Source of the DNA: Dimargaris cristalligena
Lineage: Eukaryota
Reading direction: 5' to 3'
Assembly: GCA_003614675.1 (NCBI GenBank)
Contig: ML002289.1
Span: 1 to 47,048, forward strand
Length of the DNA stretch: 47,048 bases
Positions 35,696 through 47,048 of this stretch are shown in pieces. The notes beneath the pieces are model-generated. The model saw nothing but the letters and a program-made list of their open reading frames with translations, was not told the origin of the DNA and searched no databases. The position numbers and the translations under genes were made by a program. Position 1 is the stretch's first letter. Every line of letters starts with the position of its first letter.

Positions 35696-37129
35696 ATGAC
35701 CACCGCCACTCAATCGCAACCCGATGTACTAACCCACGTTCCACCTGACATTGCGGCCTATTTCCGGCTGGTGGTGACTCCCACCGACGACCTAGTTCGG
35801 TCGGTGGCCCGTTTACAGCTCACCACCGACGCCTACAGCCAGTCCCTGAATTTCCTTCCAAACTCCCAAACCGAACAGAAACTCACCAAGTCCATCTCAG
35901 CCACTTCGCTCGGGGCACCTCTGGACTCAGGGCCAAACCCCGCCAATTTACCTTTTGTCGTCTGGGCCACCCGCCCCTCATTTCCCGCAACTGGGCGACA
36001 CGACCAGGTCATCGTCCGGGTGGAATACTGTCAGAGCCATATGGATGTGACCTTTCTCTTTGATTTGACCGACCCCGAACGGACTCCCGACATCATTATT
36101 CCACCCACCGCCCATTTACCTCGACTGCCCCGGGTACGACCATTCCGTCCGACGTGGCCCCAATTAACCCGGTCCGTTTCGACCACCCCTGTTGCTCTAT
36201 CCACGAGTTCATTGAATCCGGACCTGGATACTGCTAGTGCCCAATGGACAGTCAAAGTACTCGCCAATATCCGTCGGGAACTGGCCCACCACCACCACCA
36301 AGCCTTGCGTGATTTCCCCCTAGAACGGATCCCTTTCGAATACGGTTGTTGGAAGGACCAAGTCGGGTTCGAAGGCCGGGTAGTATATTCAACAGCTCCA
36401 CCCGACTCGACCAACCGGATACCCAAACCCACCCAAGTACTGCTACGCATCCCCCTTCTTTTACCGAAACCGGTAGAGGCCCGGGCGAAGCCCCAGGGAG
36501 CCACCCCGGTTCCCGCCGGTTCACTCTGGGTCACCTACACCATTCCCTCCGACCTCAATTCCAAAACGACGAACGATGTGGCCGATGTCACGGCCACCTG
36601 TGCCCTTCGGCCTCCCTGGCTACAGTTGACCAAAGGCGTACAATTACCCCCTCTGGTGAAGACCCGGTCACTGGTTGACTACGTTAAAACTCTAACAGCG
36701 GCTTTGGCCCGCAAAATGATCACGGCTATCCAACCCATTTACGACCGGCTACTTTTCGGCAAGGCGCTGGTTGATAAATGTCGAAACCAGGTTATTGAAT
36801 ACGACTCGCCGGTTTACTCCTATGTGACTATATTGGGGGAGGTCCCGCTAACTGACTCCGACTTAACGGCGGGGACCACAACCACTACTGTACCTATGGC
36901 TACCGCTCTGGTTACTTGTCGCATGTCTTCCCATTTTCCCTTAGACCCCATGACTGTTCGTCTGACTTCCCCCCTTCATTTTGCGGACGCCCAGTCCCAC
37001 CACCTCTTCTCCCAACCTGAATGCCAGTGGCAACCCTCCGATATCCAAAAACCCCTCTCCGCTGCCCTTAAAGAATGGCAGGCGTTTATCAACCGGGAAC
37101 TCATTAACTTCCACCGCCTGGCTTTCTAG
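35696..37129 (+). CDS. BABAM2: BRE/BRCC45 (BABAM2), tandem-UEV subunit of the BRISC and BRCA1-A complexes
   Basis: Colinear motifs match animal BRE from memory: DQVIVRVEYC...FLFDLTDPERTPDIII, LERIPFEY, SLVDYV, RLLFGKALVDKCRNQVIEYDS and HFPLDPMTVRLTSPLHF. The likely start is MTTATQ at 35696; upstream sequence looks like a 5'UTR or intron with (TA)n. Confidence 0.8.
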   Translation: MTTATQSQPDVLTHVPPDIAAYFRLVVTPTDDLVRSVARLQLTTDAYSQSLNFLPNSQTEQKLTKSISATSLGAPLDSGPNPANLPFVVWATRPSFPATGRHDQVIVRVEYCQSHMDVTFLFDLTDPERTPDIIIPPTAHLPRLPRVRPFRPTWPQLTRSVSTTPVALSTSSLNPDLDTASAQWTVKVLANIRRELAHHHHQALRDFPLERIPFEYGCWKDQVGFEGRVVYSTAPPDSTNRIPKPTQVLLRIPLLLPKPVEARAKPQGATPVPAGSLWVTYTIPSDLNSKTTNDVADVTATCALRPPWLQLTKGVQLPPLVKTRSLVDYVKTLTAALARKMITAIQPIYDRLLFGKALVDKCRNQVIEYDSPVYSYVTILGEVPLTDSDLTAGTTTTTVPMATALVTCRMSSHFPLDPMTVRLTSPLHFADAQSHHLFSQPECQWQPSDIQKPLSAALKEWQAFINRELINFHRLAF

Positions 37130-37798
37130 ACATCAGGCCGGAGGAGGGCCGTCAGTTGGTACCGGGAGACCAATCTCCTAATCAAATGCAGGCCAGTACC
37201 ACCGAATCCCTGATATATTACGTACCCAATAACCGGTAAACTAGCATTACTGAGATTCGGGCCGGAGTTTTGTATGCCCACTAATAGCCACGTTAGACCA
37301 TGAACCGAAACAAATAGCGACTATTTTCTTTCCTCGAAAACCCTTTAATCAGCTAATTTGCTTGATATAGCCCCATTCCGTAGCAAGTTACATATAAGAT
37401 GCTCACTCTAATAAATAGCAAACGATCAAACTCTGTTAGAATATTGGCGGTGTTCAAATAATATGTAGAACCATCGTTTTTATGGACCAGTGTATCGCAC
37501 CGACTCCTAATAATAAGCAATAAGAGGCCTTATATGGTTTAAATCGAAAACTTTTAGGAACGCCAATGATTTAATTATGCTTACGCTTCTCCGCGTACAT
37601 GATGAGTTAAGTCTCGATATTTAACAGTTCCTATATCTTGGCCCCAGGCGTGTCTTTTCTAGTTTTTTTTATAAATATAAAAACATACTTCTTTCCAAAG
37701 TCCCGTATACATTTCGTTGGCATTACATTAACAACTTATCCCCCCACCTCTCCGCATTTCGCACCCTTTGTTTTTTTTTCTTAACCCTGCTCCTAAAC

Positions 37799-38692
37799 AT
37801 GGCCCGCCGGTCACGTTCCCCATCCAAGACGCGGTCTTCCACCCATCGCCGGTCCCGCAGTCCAGGCCCTGCATCACGTTCGAAAGCCGTACCTTCGCGT
37901 GATACCGAGCCGGATACTCAAGAACTCGAAAGCGGTGAGATTCGGGAGGATAGCCCGGATTCCCAGGCGTCGCATTCGGCTTCCATCACCACCACTGCCG
38001 CCGCTGTAGACACCCGACGTCCCCCCACGACCTCGAGTCGCTCCCGCTACGAGTCCCCTCCCCGCCGCACTTCAGCCGAAAGGACAGGCAATAGTGGTAG
38101 TGGTCGACGTCCCCACCACCGCTCCCGCCGCTCGCGTTCCCCTTCCCGTTCGCGTTCCCCACAACGCCATAGACGGCATAGTAGCCGGGACGGCCGTGAA
38201 GTACGGCGTCGGCCCAGCCCGGATTCTTCGGCTTCGAAAGATGAACGTAGGAAAAGTCCGGAAAGGTCTACTTCCAAATCCGAACAACCCGCCCCGCCCC
38301 AAATTGACGTGACCGCCCTAAGCGAAAAGGATCTCATGGCCATGATGGGGTTCGGGTCGTTCGGAAGCACTCAGGTAAGTATTATAGATTGCAATTGGCA
38401 TATATATCTATATATTTCAATTCTCCTAAACCCCGCGAGGTTGGGCTATGATGAATGTCCGTATCTCTCGACGTCCGGACCAGGGGAAACTTGATTTCTT
38501 CATTAATAATCGGACCCCCTCAAATTAATATACTATATATTATATTACTACATTGAACCCATGTATGTCTCCATAATCTAGGGCGAACATGTGTTGAATA
38601 ACACCGCCGGAGGAGCCAGCGTCAAAAAGCAGCGCCAGTACCGACAGTACATGAATCGCCAGGGCGGTTTCAATCGACCACTGGATAGTTAA
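37799..38692 (+). CDS. SNRNP27: U4/U6.U5 tri-snRNP 27 kDa protein (exons 37799-38374, 38582-38692)
   Basis: RS-rich N-terminus followed by LMAMMGFGSFGSTQ|GEHV...KKQRQYRQYMNRQGGFNRPLD, the family signature. Confidence 0.95.
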
Positions 38693-38982
38693 TTCCTCAG
38701 AGCTGCTACATTCGACCAATCAAATCACGACCGTCCCAGTATTTAGCAATCCTCAATTTCCCCTCTGAAACGAGAAGTGTGGCATAGGCCTAGCAATAAA
38801 CATGTACTGTATATTTCCATTGTTAAATACCATTTAGTTTGCCATTTTTCGCCGTACCAAGCAGGTAGATGTAAATATAATTTTATATTGTTGGTCGAAT
38901 ACAGGAGTACACGGATGTCTAAAGCGAATTCGTCACAATTCGGACTGACTAGTAGGGGTAGGAATGGAAAAGCTATTCTAGT

Positions 38983-40343
38983 CTACTCATCCGATCTGTC
39001 TGCCTCAGGCTTACCATCAGAATCGCTATCATTGTCACTGGCGTCGCTGGAGTCGCCATAATCACCCACCAGACTCAATAGGCCGCTCGTTGGTGGTGCC
39101 GGTGGGGGGGTTGGGGCTTTAGAGGGCGCTGTTGAATTGCCTGCAGCGGCTGTGGTAGTAGTACTGGTGCTTGGTGGTGGATTGGTCACAGCTTTCTTGG
39201 GTAGCCGAACCATGTCTTGGATAAGGTCCAAAGGCCTAGACCGCTTCGGGCGAAATGAAGAAATGGGGATGGCTACGGTTGCGGTTGGTTTGGGAATTGG
39301 ATCTAGGTGAACTTGAGCTGCTAAGTCGCCAACCGGAGGCTGGTCGGCGGTTCCCAGTCGTCTTTTGGATACCTCTCTATGGCAATGAGGGAATCAGGGT
39401 TGATCAGCGGGTGAGGGAATGTCAGATGATAATGAAAAGATGCATTGAGGGTAATGGCCGGTTGGTCCAATGTAATGTAACTAAAGAACAGGAGGGCTAC
39501 CGCGTAGATGACCCCCTCTTCTCTTCGGGCCACTGATCAACCGGATCGTAGCCCAGTCGAAGGCCATGCCAACTAATTTGGTCTTCAAAATCCAGAAGTA
39601 TAATTCAACCTATAGTCCATCTTGTATCACATACTTGCGGAAGAGTTCGAGCGCATCTATCTCCTCTTGCCGTTTTTGATCCTCGACTTGACGCTGATAG
39701 GCCTCTAAATTAGACAAAATCTCAACCTGCTCCTTGGTGGGCTGGTGCATTGCAAGGTTGTCTAGCGTTCGCAGCAGGGATGGTAATGGTATTAATAGAT
39801 ATATACAGTTAGAAATGTTGGAAGCCGTCTAGAGTGGGTGATAGACCTCAGTGTAAATATACTACACACAACGTGTAAAATCAGTTGTATTCAGCTAGAG
39901 CCATAGAGAATGCACTTACGGGCTCGGAGTTTTTCGTTCTCATCGTCTTCTTTCATTTGGCGCTGTTCCCGTAGTCGCTCGAAAAGGGGGCGTTTATCGA
40001 CGACTTCGTCCGGATGAGGCACTAAAGGATTAAAAATTGGTGGCCAGGCGCGGTTGAGTCGGAAAATGAATAGATAAACGATGCTACCATTAGTAGGCGC
40101 GTACCAAAATTACTTGACGCAAAGTAATCATTAGGATGAGGGAAGCTATCGAGTCGCATAGTGGTCACGTTGACGGGTTAAATTGGAGGCCGATGGTATA
40201 TTTCCAACGCTTGGGTTTGATTAGAGTCTCTTACCGTCTCTACCGGCGGCCCGGGCCTTTTCCCATTCCTCTTGGCGTTTGCGGCGTCGCTCTTCGAGCT
40301 CGGCTTCGGAGACAAACTGGACGGATAGTTTAGAGCTGCTCAT
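38983..40343 (-). CDS. FAM192A: FAM192A/NIP30/PSME3IP1 (Fyv6-like) protein (exons 40343-40235, 40021-39920, 39761-39635, 39376-38983)
   Basis: FVSEAELEERRRKRQEEWEK, DKRPLFERLREQR, EEIDALELFRK and C-terminal GLLSLVGDYGDSSD with an acidic Ser tail match the family pattern. Splice phases are consistent. Confidence 0.85.
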
Positions 40344-41157
40344 GGTGGAGTGACTTGGGTTTGCCTGCGGGTACGGCAACCAGTAGGGAAGGGTAATGTG
40401 AATAAAGGAATGGTAGTATGTGAAGAACAGGAAGGGGTTCTACAAGTGGCAGGCGTGTTGAAGAATGGGCGTTCAAGGGGAGTTCTAAGAGTTAAAGAGG
40501 GCTGAGAAGAAGGAATGCATTTAACTGGAAACTGGAAGAAAGGGCAAATAGATTCCAAGACCGTTTTATGCATGGAGGCGGAAGTATAGCTAGCTCAAGG
40601 CGTGGTAGAGCTGGACTGTACCAGGCCTTTCCTTTGGGTGTAGAGTGGTATTCATTGACTGGAACAAAGCTTTATCCGTGAATTGTTGCTGGCCGATGTA
40701 TTTTTTTCACGTTTAAGGTCATTATTAAGCTATGGAAACCGGATTTAATGAAAGTAGAGCGGGGTATACACGGGGAAGTCGTTAATGGCCGTTCCATTGG
40801 CATATTTTGGCCATTAAAGTTGTATGGGCTTATTGCCCCAAATATTGCTCCGGCCATATTTTGACTTTATCCATCGGATAGCCTGGCTGTGCTGCGTGCA
40901 GAGAGAGAAACACACACCACACGACACCGCCGACCGGTGACGGAATCCTTGTTTCCCGCTCATATTCCAACTCTTTGGTGGGTGGTATATAGAAGGAGTT
41001 GCCTTACCCATGTAGCTCGCGGACCTCTTTCTCCCACTACTCCTCCATTCTCACTACACTACACTACTAGTCACTATTCCCTTCAACCATTCCCGAAGTC
41101 GCTTGAACAAACCCTAATCGTCTCACACGACAATCCCCCGTCCAGCCGCTTAGAACC

Positions 41158-43140
41158 ATGTCCGACTCTGTCGATTCCGAAGGCATTCTCCAGTTTTGCC
41201 AAATCACCAACGCCGAGCCCACCGTGGCTATGGGCTACCTACAGGTAAGCTACCCCGTTCCATACACCGCCCCCTCCTCCTTCGTTTGAACTTTTGGTAA
41301 GGCCGGGGATGACTCCGACTCCAACTCCCAAGTCAGGGAGGTGGAAGACATGGCGAAGTGCTTAAGGGCATACGGGTCATATAGCCCCTGCACGGGCCAC
41401 TCGGACCGGAAATCACTGTGGCCAACTTCACCCGACACTCTACCTACCTGCCAAAATTACTCACGACTCTCCTCTACATGTATTATCGGTCACCTTTGCG
41501 GTACCTATCTATTATTTGCATCCCCGACCGTATGGGGGATGTGTCATTAGATCTCTGAAGGGAATATTGAACAAGCGGTATCTTTATTTCTCGAAAACGG
41601 CGGAGCTCCGCTCGAAGCCGCCGTACCCCGGCGACAGGCCTCCCCTAGCGATCATTGGGCCGATGCCGGTCGGTCCGCCCAATCCTCCTCCTATCATAAT
41701 AATGCGAATGACGACGTCCGAGCCCCTCTAGCCCCGCGCCGTGAGGTCTTGGTTGAGTCCGGGTCCCTGTACGACACCCCGGGGGTAAGCTCCGCTCACC
41801 TGTACGCCACGGGCGTTTCCGAAGGCCACCGTTCCGTGTTTGACCAACTACCCCGTTCTACCCGAACCCAGGAAGCCTTTCGGGATTTCGCCGCCGAATC
41901 CTCAGCTTTGCAAAGCTCCTCCCCCTACGGCATTGCCGGGAGCAGCGTCCATATCGGCGGTCTGGACGGACTCGACGGGGATATCGATATTATCGGGGAC
42001 GTAGGCAGTAGCATCGGTGGGGGTATTGGTATTGGCGGCAGCAGCAGCAGCGGCAGCACTTCCGCGGAGCGTAAGTCCAATCGCCTCGCCGAACTGTTCC
42101 GCCCTCCTTTTGACCTCATCCAGAACCTTCCCTTCGACCAGGCCCGCGGCCTAGCCAAATCCCAGCGCAAGTGGATCCTTGTTAATATCCAAAAAGTATC
42201 CGAATTCGCCTGCCAGGTTCTCAACCGGGACATTTGGAGCGATGCCACCGTGAAGGAAATTGTCCGGGTCAACTTTGTGTTTTTACAACTGGGTCACGAG
42301 AGTGACGAAGGGTCTCGGTACATCAATTTCTACCCCGTGCGGAAATACCCCCATGTGGCCATCATTGACCCCCGCACCGGGGAACGGGTGCGGGAGTGGA
42401 ATGACAATATCACGAGTGCCGCGGAGTTTGCCGAAGATGTGACCCAGTTTTTGGGACTTAACGCCTACGGCGGTTCCCAGCCGATTATTAGTCAGCAGTC
42501 CAAGCGGCCCCGTAGACCGGACCCTTCCCACCAGACACGTGATATATCCGCCATGACCGAAGAGGAACAAATCCAAGCGGCCATTGCGGCATCTATGGCT
42601 AAGGAACACCAGCCGACCTCGTCGCCGTCCCCGCCACCATCGACTATTGAAACTGCATCAATGACGCCACCATCACCGACGACACCGGCTTCGGCCTCGG
42701 AATCGAACATGCCGGCCGAACCCTCCACCTCCAGTTCCAAGGACATTGGGAAGGCTGGTAGTGAAAGTCATACCCATAATCATCCTAACCCGGGGGATGC
42801 CCAGGACGATGATGACGAAGACCAGGATCGGAGTGGTCAGAACCAACTCGAAGCCATTTACCACAGTATTCAGGCGAACGAGGGAACGGAACCTGGGGCC
42901 AATGCGCCCGAGGCCACCACCCGAGTACAGTTCCGTTTACCGAATGGTTCCCGGGTCGTCCGACGATTCCGTACCGATACCCCGGTCCGGGATTTGGTCG
43001 CATTCGTCAAGGCTAAGGTCCCGGAAGCCAACGAACACATCGTCAATATCCAGTACCACCGCGAGAATTTGCTCGATAAACTCGATCAGACGGTCGCTGA
43101 AGCGGGACTGCAGAATGCGTCCATTACGGTGGATGCGTAG
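41158..43140 (+). CDS. UBXN7/UBX5: UBX-domain Cdc48/p97 adaptor, UBXN7/Ubx5 type (exons 41158-41244, 41551-43140)
   Basis: UBA-like N-terminus (ILQFCQITNAEPTVAMGYLQ|ISEGNIEQAVSLF), UAS domain (LAELFRPPFDL, FACQVLNRDIW, YPHVAIIDPRTGE), UIM (TEEEQIQAAIAASM) and UBX domain (TRVQFRLPNGSRVVRRF...AEAGLQNA). Confidence 0.93.
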
Positions 43141-44019
43141 ATTTTTTCTTTTGATGGTGGTGGTGGTGGGGGCCGTTTAGGGAGGTTAAATCATTAGGCT
43201 TCTTGTTTTGTTTCATTTTTTTCATATCATATATCTATTTTTGTGCCTCTCCCTCATTTTCCCTCTATTTCTTTCTTTTGTTGTGCATCGAATATAATTG
43301 TAGTCACCTTAGATTTCACTACCCTGGGCCGAGGATTGAAGGACCGGCGAATAGAAGATACTTTCCAATAGATATAACTTTACCCCGCTTGTGATTAGTT
43401 TTGCGAAAGGTACGCCATTGTAGTCGGATTTAACGTGTGATTTAAATGTCCCTATTTTTTATTAACTTGGCGTCAGTTACGACCTCTTTTCGCCTTATAA
43501 ATTCCACTTGGACTTTCTAACTACGATTTACTGAAGGTACCCGAGGGAGAAGTGTGAATATAGAGTTAGGGGGGCTTGGTAGGTGACCCCGCCTGGGGAT
43601 TCGTCTCAACCCGGGCCTTTTAAAGGGGGTGGGGTATCATGAACCTCCTCCTAGTTTTCTCCGCCGCATAGCTTAGCTTCGTTTATTAAACTTCATAGTA
43701 TCAGTCCAAGTGGTGTTCCCACCCGCTGGGACAGTAGGGGGCCACCAAGGGACACTACTATCCCCCCCTTGAATATGGTGGACTTGGAGATCACTCATTC
43801 GCATTACCTTCAACCCCTTTTCCACACCACCCACACCACCTTCCACTCTTTTAAATTCCGCCGTATCCATTATTAAGCAAAGCTCTTTTGAACTTCGTCA
43901 CTTCATCTGATATTCTCTACTGCGCTAAACCCTTCTCCCTACATTAGTTTCTGCGATATCCGTTCTTCTTATTCTTATTCACACTCCTACCCCACCTATA
44001 CCAATCTCCCATTCCCGTC

Positions 44020-45164
44020 ATGTCGCCTCCCTCTAAGGAAAACGTTGCTCAGTTGCTGCAGGCTCTCCGGCAGGAATTCAACAACCCCCAGTCGAACCCC
44101 GACAAATGCCAAGATTATCTTACCCAGCTCAAGGTAATAAAACGGATCCCCTCCTTGGATGGACAATGCACGCCCACCTCCTTAGTCAATTTAAGGAGAC
44201 CGCGTCCAATTGATACCTGCTGAACGCAATGTCTGGCTTGACTAGGCCGTACAGGGTGGTACGGCCAAGACAGTCTTCGCAATTCATTCGAGAATGGCCC
44301 TGTTCCCTGCTAGACCCCCTGATAAGCCAGTGCTATACCCTTCCGGCTCTTGCACACGGTAGCTTTACGTTTAAAACCAACCGGCTTTCTCTATCTCTAT
44401 CTCTACCTATATCCATGACTAACCACCATCCTGTATTTATTTAATCAATGTTAAATCCTGGTGGACTCCGTCGCTAGATCCAACTGGCCGAGCTTGGCCT
44501 ACTCGACGCCCTGACCGCCGACAGCCAGGGCCTGGTCTTGGCCCGCGATGTCCTGGAAATCGGGGCTTACTGGAGCATCCGCATGAAGGATATCCCCTCG
44601 TTCGAACGCTACATTCTTCAGCTGGCCATTTTTTACCAAGAGGGTCTGCGGACCCAGCTGCCGCCTTCCTCCAGCATGTACCCTCTCATTGGGCTCAACC
44701 TGCTCCGCCTCCTCTCCCAGAGCCGTGTAGCCGATTTCCACACGGCCCTCGAGCTCATCGATCCCTCCGAGCTGAACCGCAATCCCTTTATTCACCACCC
44801 CTTGCAGTTGGAACAGGCCCTTATGGAGGGTAGCTATAAACGGGTCTGGAACTCGCGTACCGAAGTGCCCGCCCCGGAATACACCTTCTTCATGGATATC
44901 CTCACGCTGACCATCCGTAACGAAATTGCCAGTAGTTGCGAAAAGGCCTACGACAGCCTGCCCCTGGAAGACGCGGCCGCCCTGCTGTTCTTTAGCCGTC
45001 CCGAAGAGGTGCAGGCGTTTGCCCAGGAACGGGGCTGGCGGATGAATCAGATCAACCGTCGGGTCTACTTCGGTAACTCCGAAACCGATGTCCAGGAATT
45101 CCCCATCCCGAAGATTGTGTCGCAGACGTTAACTTACGCACAGGAACTGGAGAAAATCGTGTAA
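44020..45164 (+). CDS. RPN12: 26S proteasome lid subunit Rpn12/PSMD8 (exons 44020-44133, 44478-45164)
   Basis: ARDVLEIGAYWSI, FERY, GLNLLRLLSQSRVADFHTALELI, LEQALMEGSY, TIRNEIASSCEKAY and LTYAQELEKIV. Confidence 0.96.
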
Positions 45165-45537
45165 AAATCCCTCACTCGGGGCTTATAGTTCGACCAGGAG
45201 TTTCCTTGAAAAGAGGTATATGGATGGAAAGCTGTATCTACACCCGGACCATGCTGGCAACTAACTTAGTTAGTTAGGCTGGGGCCTGTTTTATTGGCAC
45301 CTCTTCTGCTTCTATTTATCCACCTATTTTTTAAAAAGTTGGTTCATTTATCCTTCAGCTTCAGCTCCAGATCTGTATTTTGCGCTTTTCATACCCAATT
45401 TTTAGGCGTAACTCCAGAAATCAGCCGGACACGCCTGGTTTCTACATCATTCGAATTACTCGTCCATATGTATCTTTTCCGCCATTTTAACAAGTCTTGA
45501 CAACAGTAAACCGATTTTCTCTAAATATTATTTTTCA

Positions 45538-45681
45538 ATATGGGTGAAATTCAGTCCTGCAATATAGAGTTTTAAATGATACGTGTATATGCTTAAAGAC
45601 TGGGGATTTATATTCTATCAGTAGCGTTTACTGCATCCACCGGATTTATTACTATTAAATCTGGCTGAATCCATCTTATAA
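45538..45681 (-). mobile_element. 144 bp MITE, copy 3 (more diverged)
   Basis: ATATGGGTGAAATTCAGTCCTGCAATATAGAG...ATACGTGTAT aligns with 34319-34370. The distal terminal repeat is degenerate. Confidence 0.6.
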
Positions 45682-46557
45682 TAATATAAAAAGTCCAGAA
45701 TGACCTGGCCAACCGTCAAGAAAATGTTTGGAAGTGCTAGCAAAGACCCTTGTCACCATTAACCCAAGGCAATGACAACGACTGCATTGATGATGCGTAA
45801 TATCGGCGGTTAGTCAGTGTCACAAAATTGCAAAAAAACAGGGGAGGGTGCCAATTCGATGGCAAGTTCTAGATATTAATCTCCTATAAAATGATGCCGA
45901 GTTATACGAACCGCCTGCCCAGGACAACGAAAACTAATGTTGGAAATTAACAGTCCAATTAAGAAATAATCATACATATTCCGAGAAGGCCGAAATACAA
46001 GTCTAAAATACGCCGTGTTGGATAGACCGCTGTATAACAGTGGCGTCGATTAAAGGCAAAGGGGGGCGCCTGTGAGGCACTAGCTTGGAAAAATAGTCGC
46101 TGTTCTACGTAAGCCAATCAAGCCATTTAATGAAGGATAACATCTTATTATATGTATTATTGTAGTGAACGCCACTTACTAACCACCTTAGCCTCCCTGG
46201 GTTACTTGGATTGGTATATCCCCTTGAATAATGGTGATGGGAGTGTCAGCCATCTTGCAACAAATACTATAAAAATTAAATGAACAGCTAAACAATCAAT
46301 CACACCATCACCACCACTTCAAGCCACTTTAAGCCACTATCCCGTTTGATAAACTACGTTGTACGACATAAGAAGCATGGGTAAAATATGATCTGGGGCT
46401 ACATTGTTACCAAAAACTCTTCTAATAAACTCCCTTAGACCCATCGCAATTGGATATAAATACTGACCACCCACAACCTTGAACATAATAGAATACCAAC
46501 ATACAGTAGCAATTATTTATTTAAAATAATAAGCAACCGCAGGATGGGTAGTAACAA

Positions 46558-47048
46558 CTACCCACCTGCAGCCTGCTCTAAATAATCTCGATTTACGAGA
46601 TTATTATATTCCTCGGTTGTGAGGAAGTGTATCCTCAACCGAGGAAGAGCATTGCGAAGGGCCTGGCAGATAGGCCGACCCGGTTTGTAAATGCTTAATA
46701 GCAGTAAACCATGTTGATTTCGTAAGGCTGGAAACAGCCACGTAATTGCAATAAAGTTTACTGCTACTCGCATATACGATAAGGTATTTGTTGAGAATTC
46801 ACTAGGGATGAGACCCCTGGTGAATACCTTGTCACGGTGGCACAAATCGAAATGCGCCAGCCGCGGACAGAAACGCAGTGCATAGTTGATTTCCTGCTCA
46901 TCACAGGCACAATTTGTCAACCGCAATTTGCATAGATTTAACCCGACTAGGTCAATTACCTTTTTCAGAATGGAGCTACCAAGAGCCACCTCGTGAAAAA
47001 CCAGGCTGGTAATTGACCCAGCCATGGGCTGGTTCATGTTGAATGGCA
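46558..47048 (-). CDS. 3' part of an RNI-like leucine-rich-repeat protein, possibly F-box; 5' end lies beyond the window
   Basis: Open frame running to the window edge with LRR-like units (NLCKLRLTNC, FCPRLAHFDLC, ALPRLRI). Confidence 0.55.
   Translation of the reverse strand, partial: PFNMNQPMAGSITSLVFHEVALGSSILKKVIDLVGLNLCKLRLTNCACDEQEINYALRFCPRLAHFDLCHRDKVFTRGLIPSEFSTNTLSYMRVAVNFIAITWLFPALRNQHGLLLLSIYKPGRPICQALRNALPRLRIHFLTTEEYNNLVNRDYLEQAAGG

Noticed and set aside
43565-43655. G-rich imperfect hairpin between UBX and RPN12
   Set aside because: No tRNA, SRP or snRNA motifs; pairing relies on low-complexity G/C runs.
1-47048. tRNA, rRNA, spliceosomal snRNA genes and CRISPR arrays
   Set aside because: No cloverleaf around GTTCRA motifs, no U1/U2/U4/U5/U6 signatures and no regularly spaced repeats found by eye.

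Overview
Eukaryotic, intron-containing fungal DNA with GT-AG introns of about 120-450 nt. The gene set (Delta7-sterol reductase, BRE/BABAM2, mitochondrial RbfA, metaxin, FAM192A) suggests an early-diverging, non-Dikarya fungus, possibly Zoopagomycota; this is an inference. Bases 1-7600 are a CpG-depleted transposon graveyard with three copies of a ~585 bp LTR, a MITE and a small secreted cationic protein gene. The rest is gene-rich: dynein intermediate chain, metaxin/Sam37, 7-dehydrocholesterol reductase, Dus1 with a C-terminal Zn finger, a CsbD-like stress protein with a CRE-rich promoter, an isolated 63-aa prepro-peptide (signal peptide, KR site, Trp/Cys-rich 29-mer), a secreted LPxY/polyproline protein, mitochondrial RbfA, and then BRE, SNRNP27, FAM192A, UBXN7, Rpn12 and an LRR gene, most of them ubiquitin/proteasome related. 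The best leads are the pheromone/RiPP-like secreted peptide, the PY-motif effector candidate, BRE and RbfA in a fungus, a three-copy 144 bp MITE and a structured RNA candidate at ~19.6 kb. All exon structures were inferred by eye and no database searches were run.
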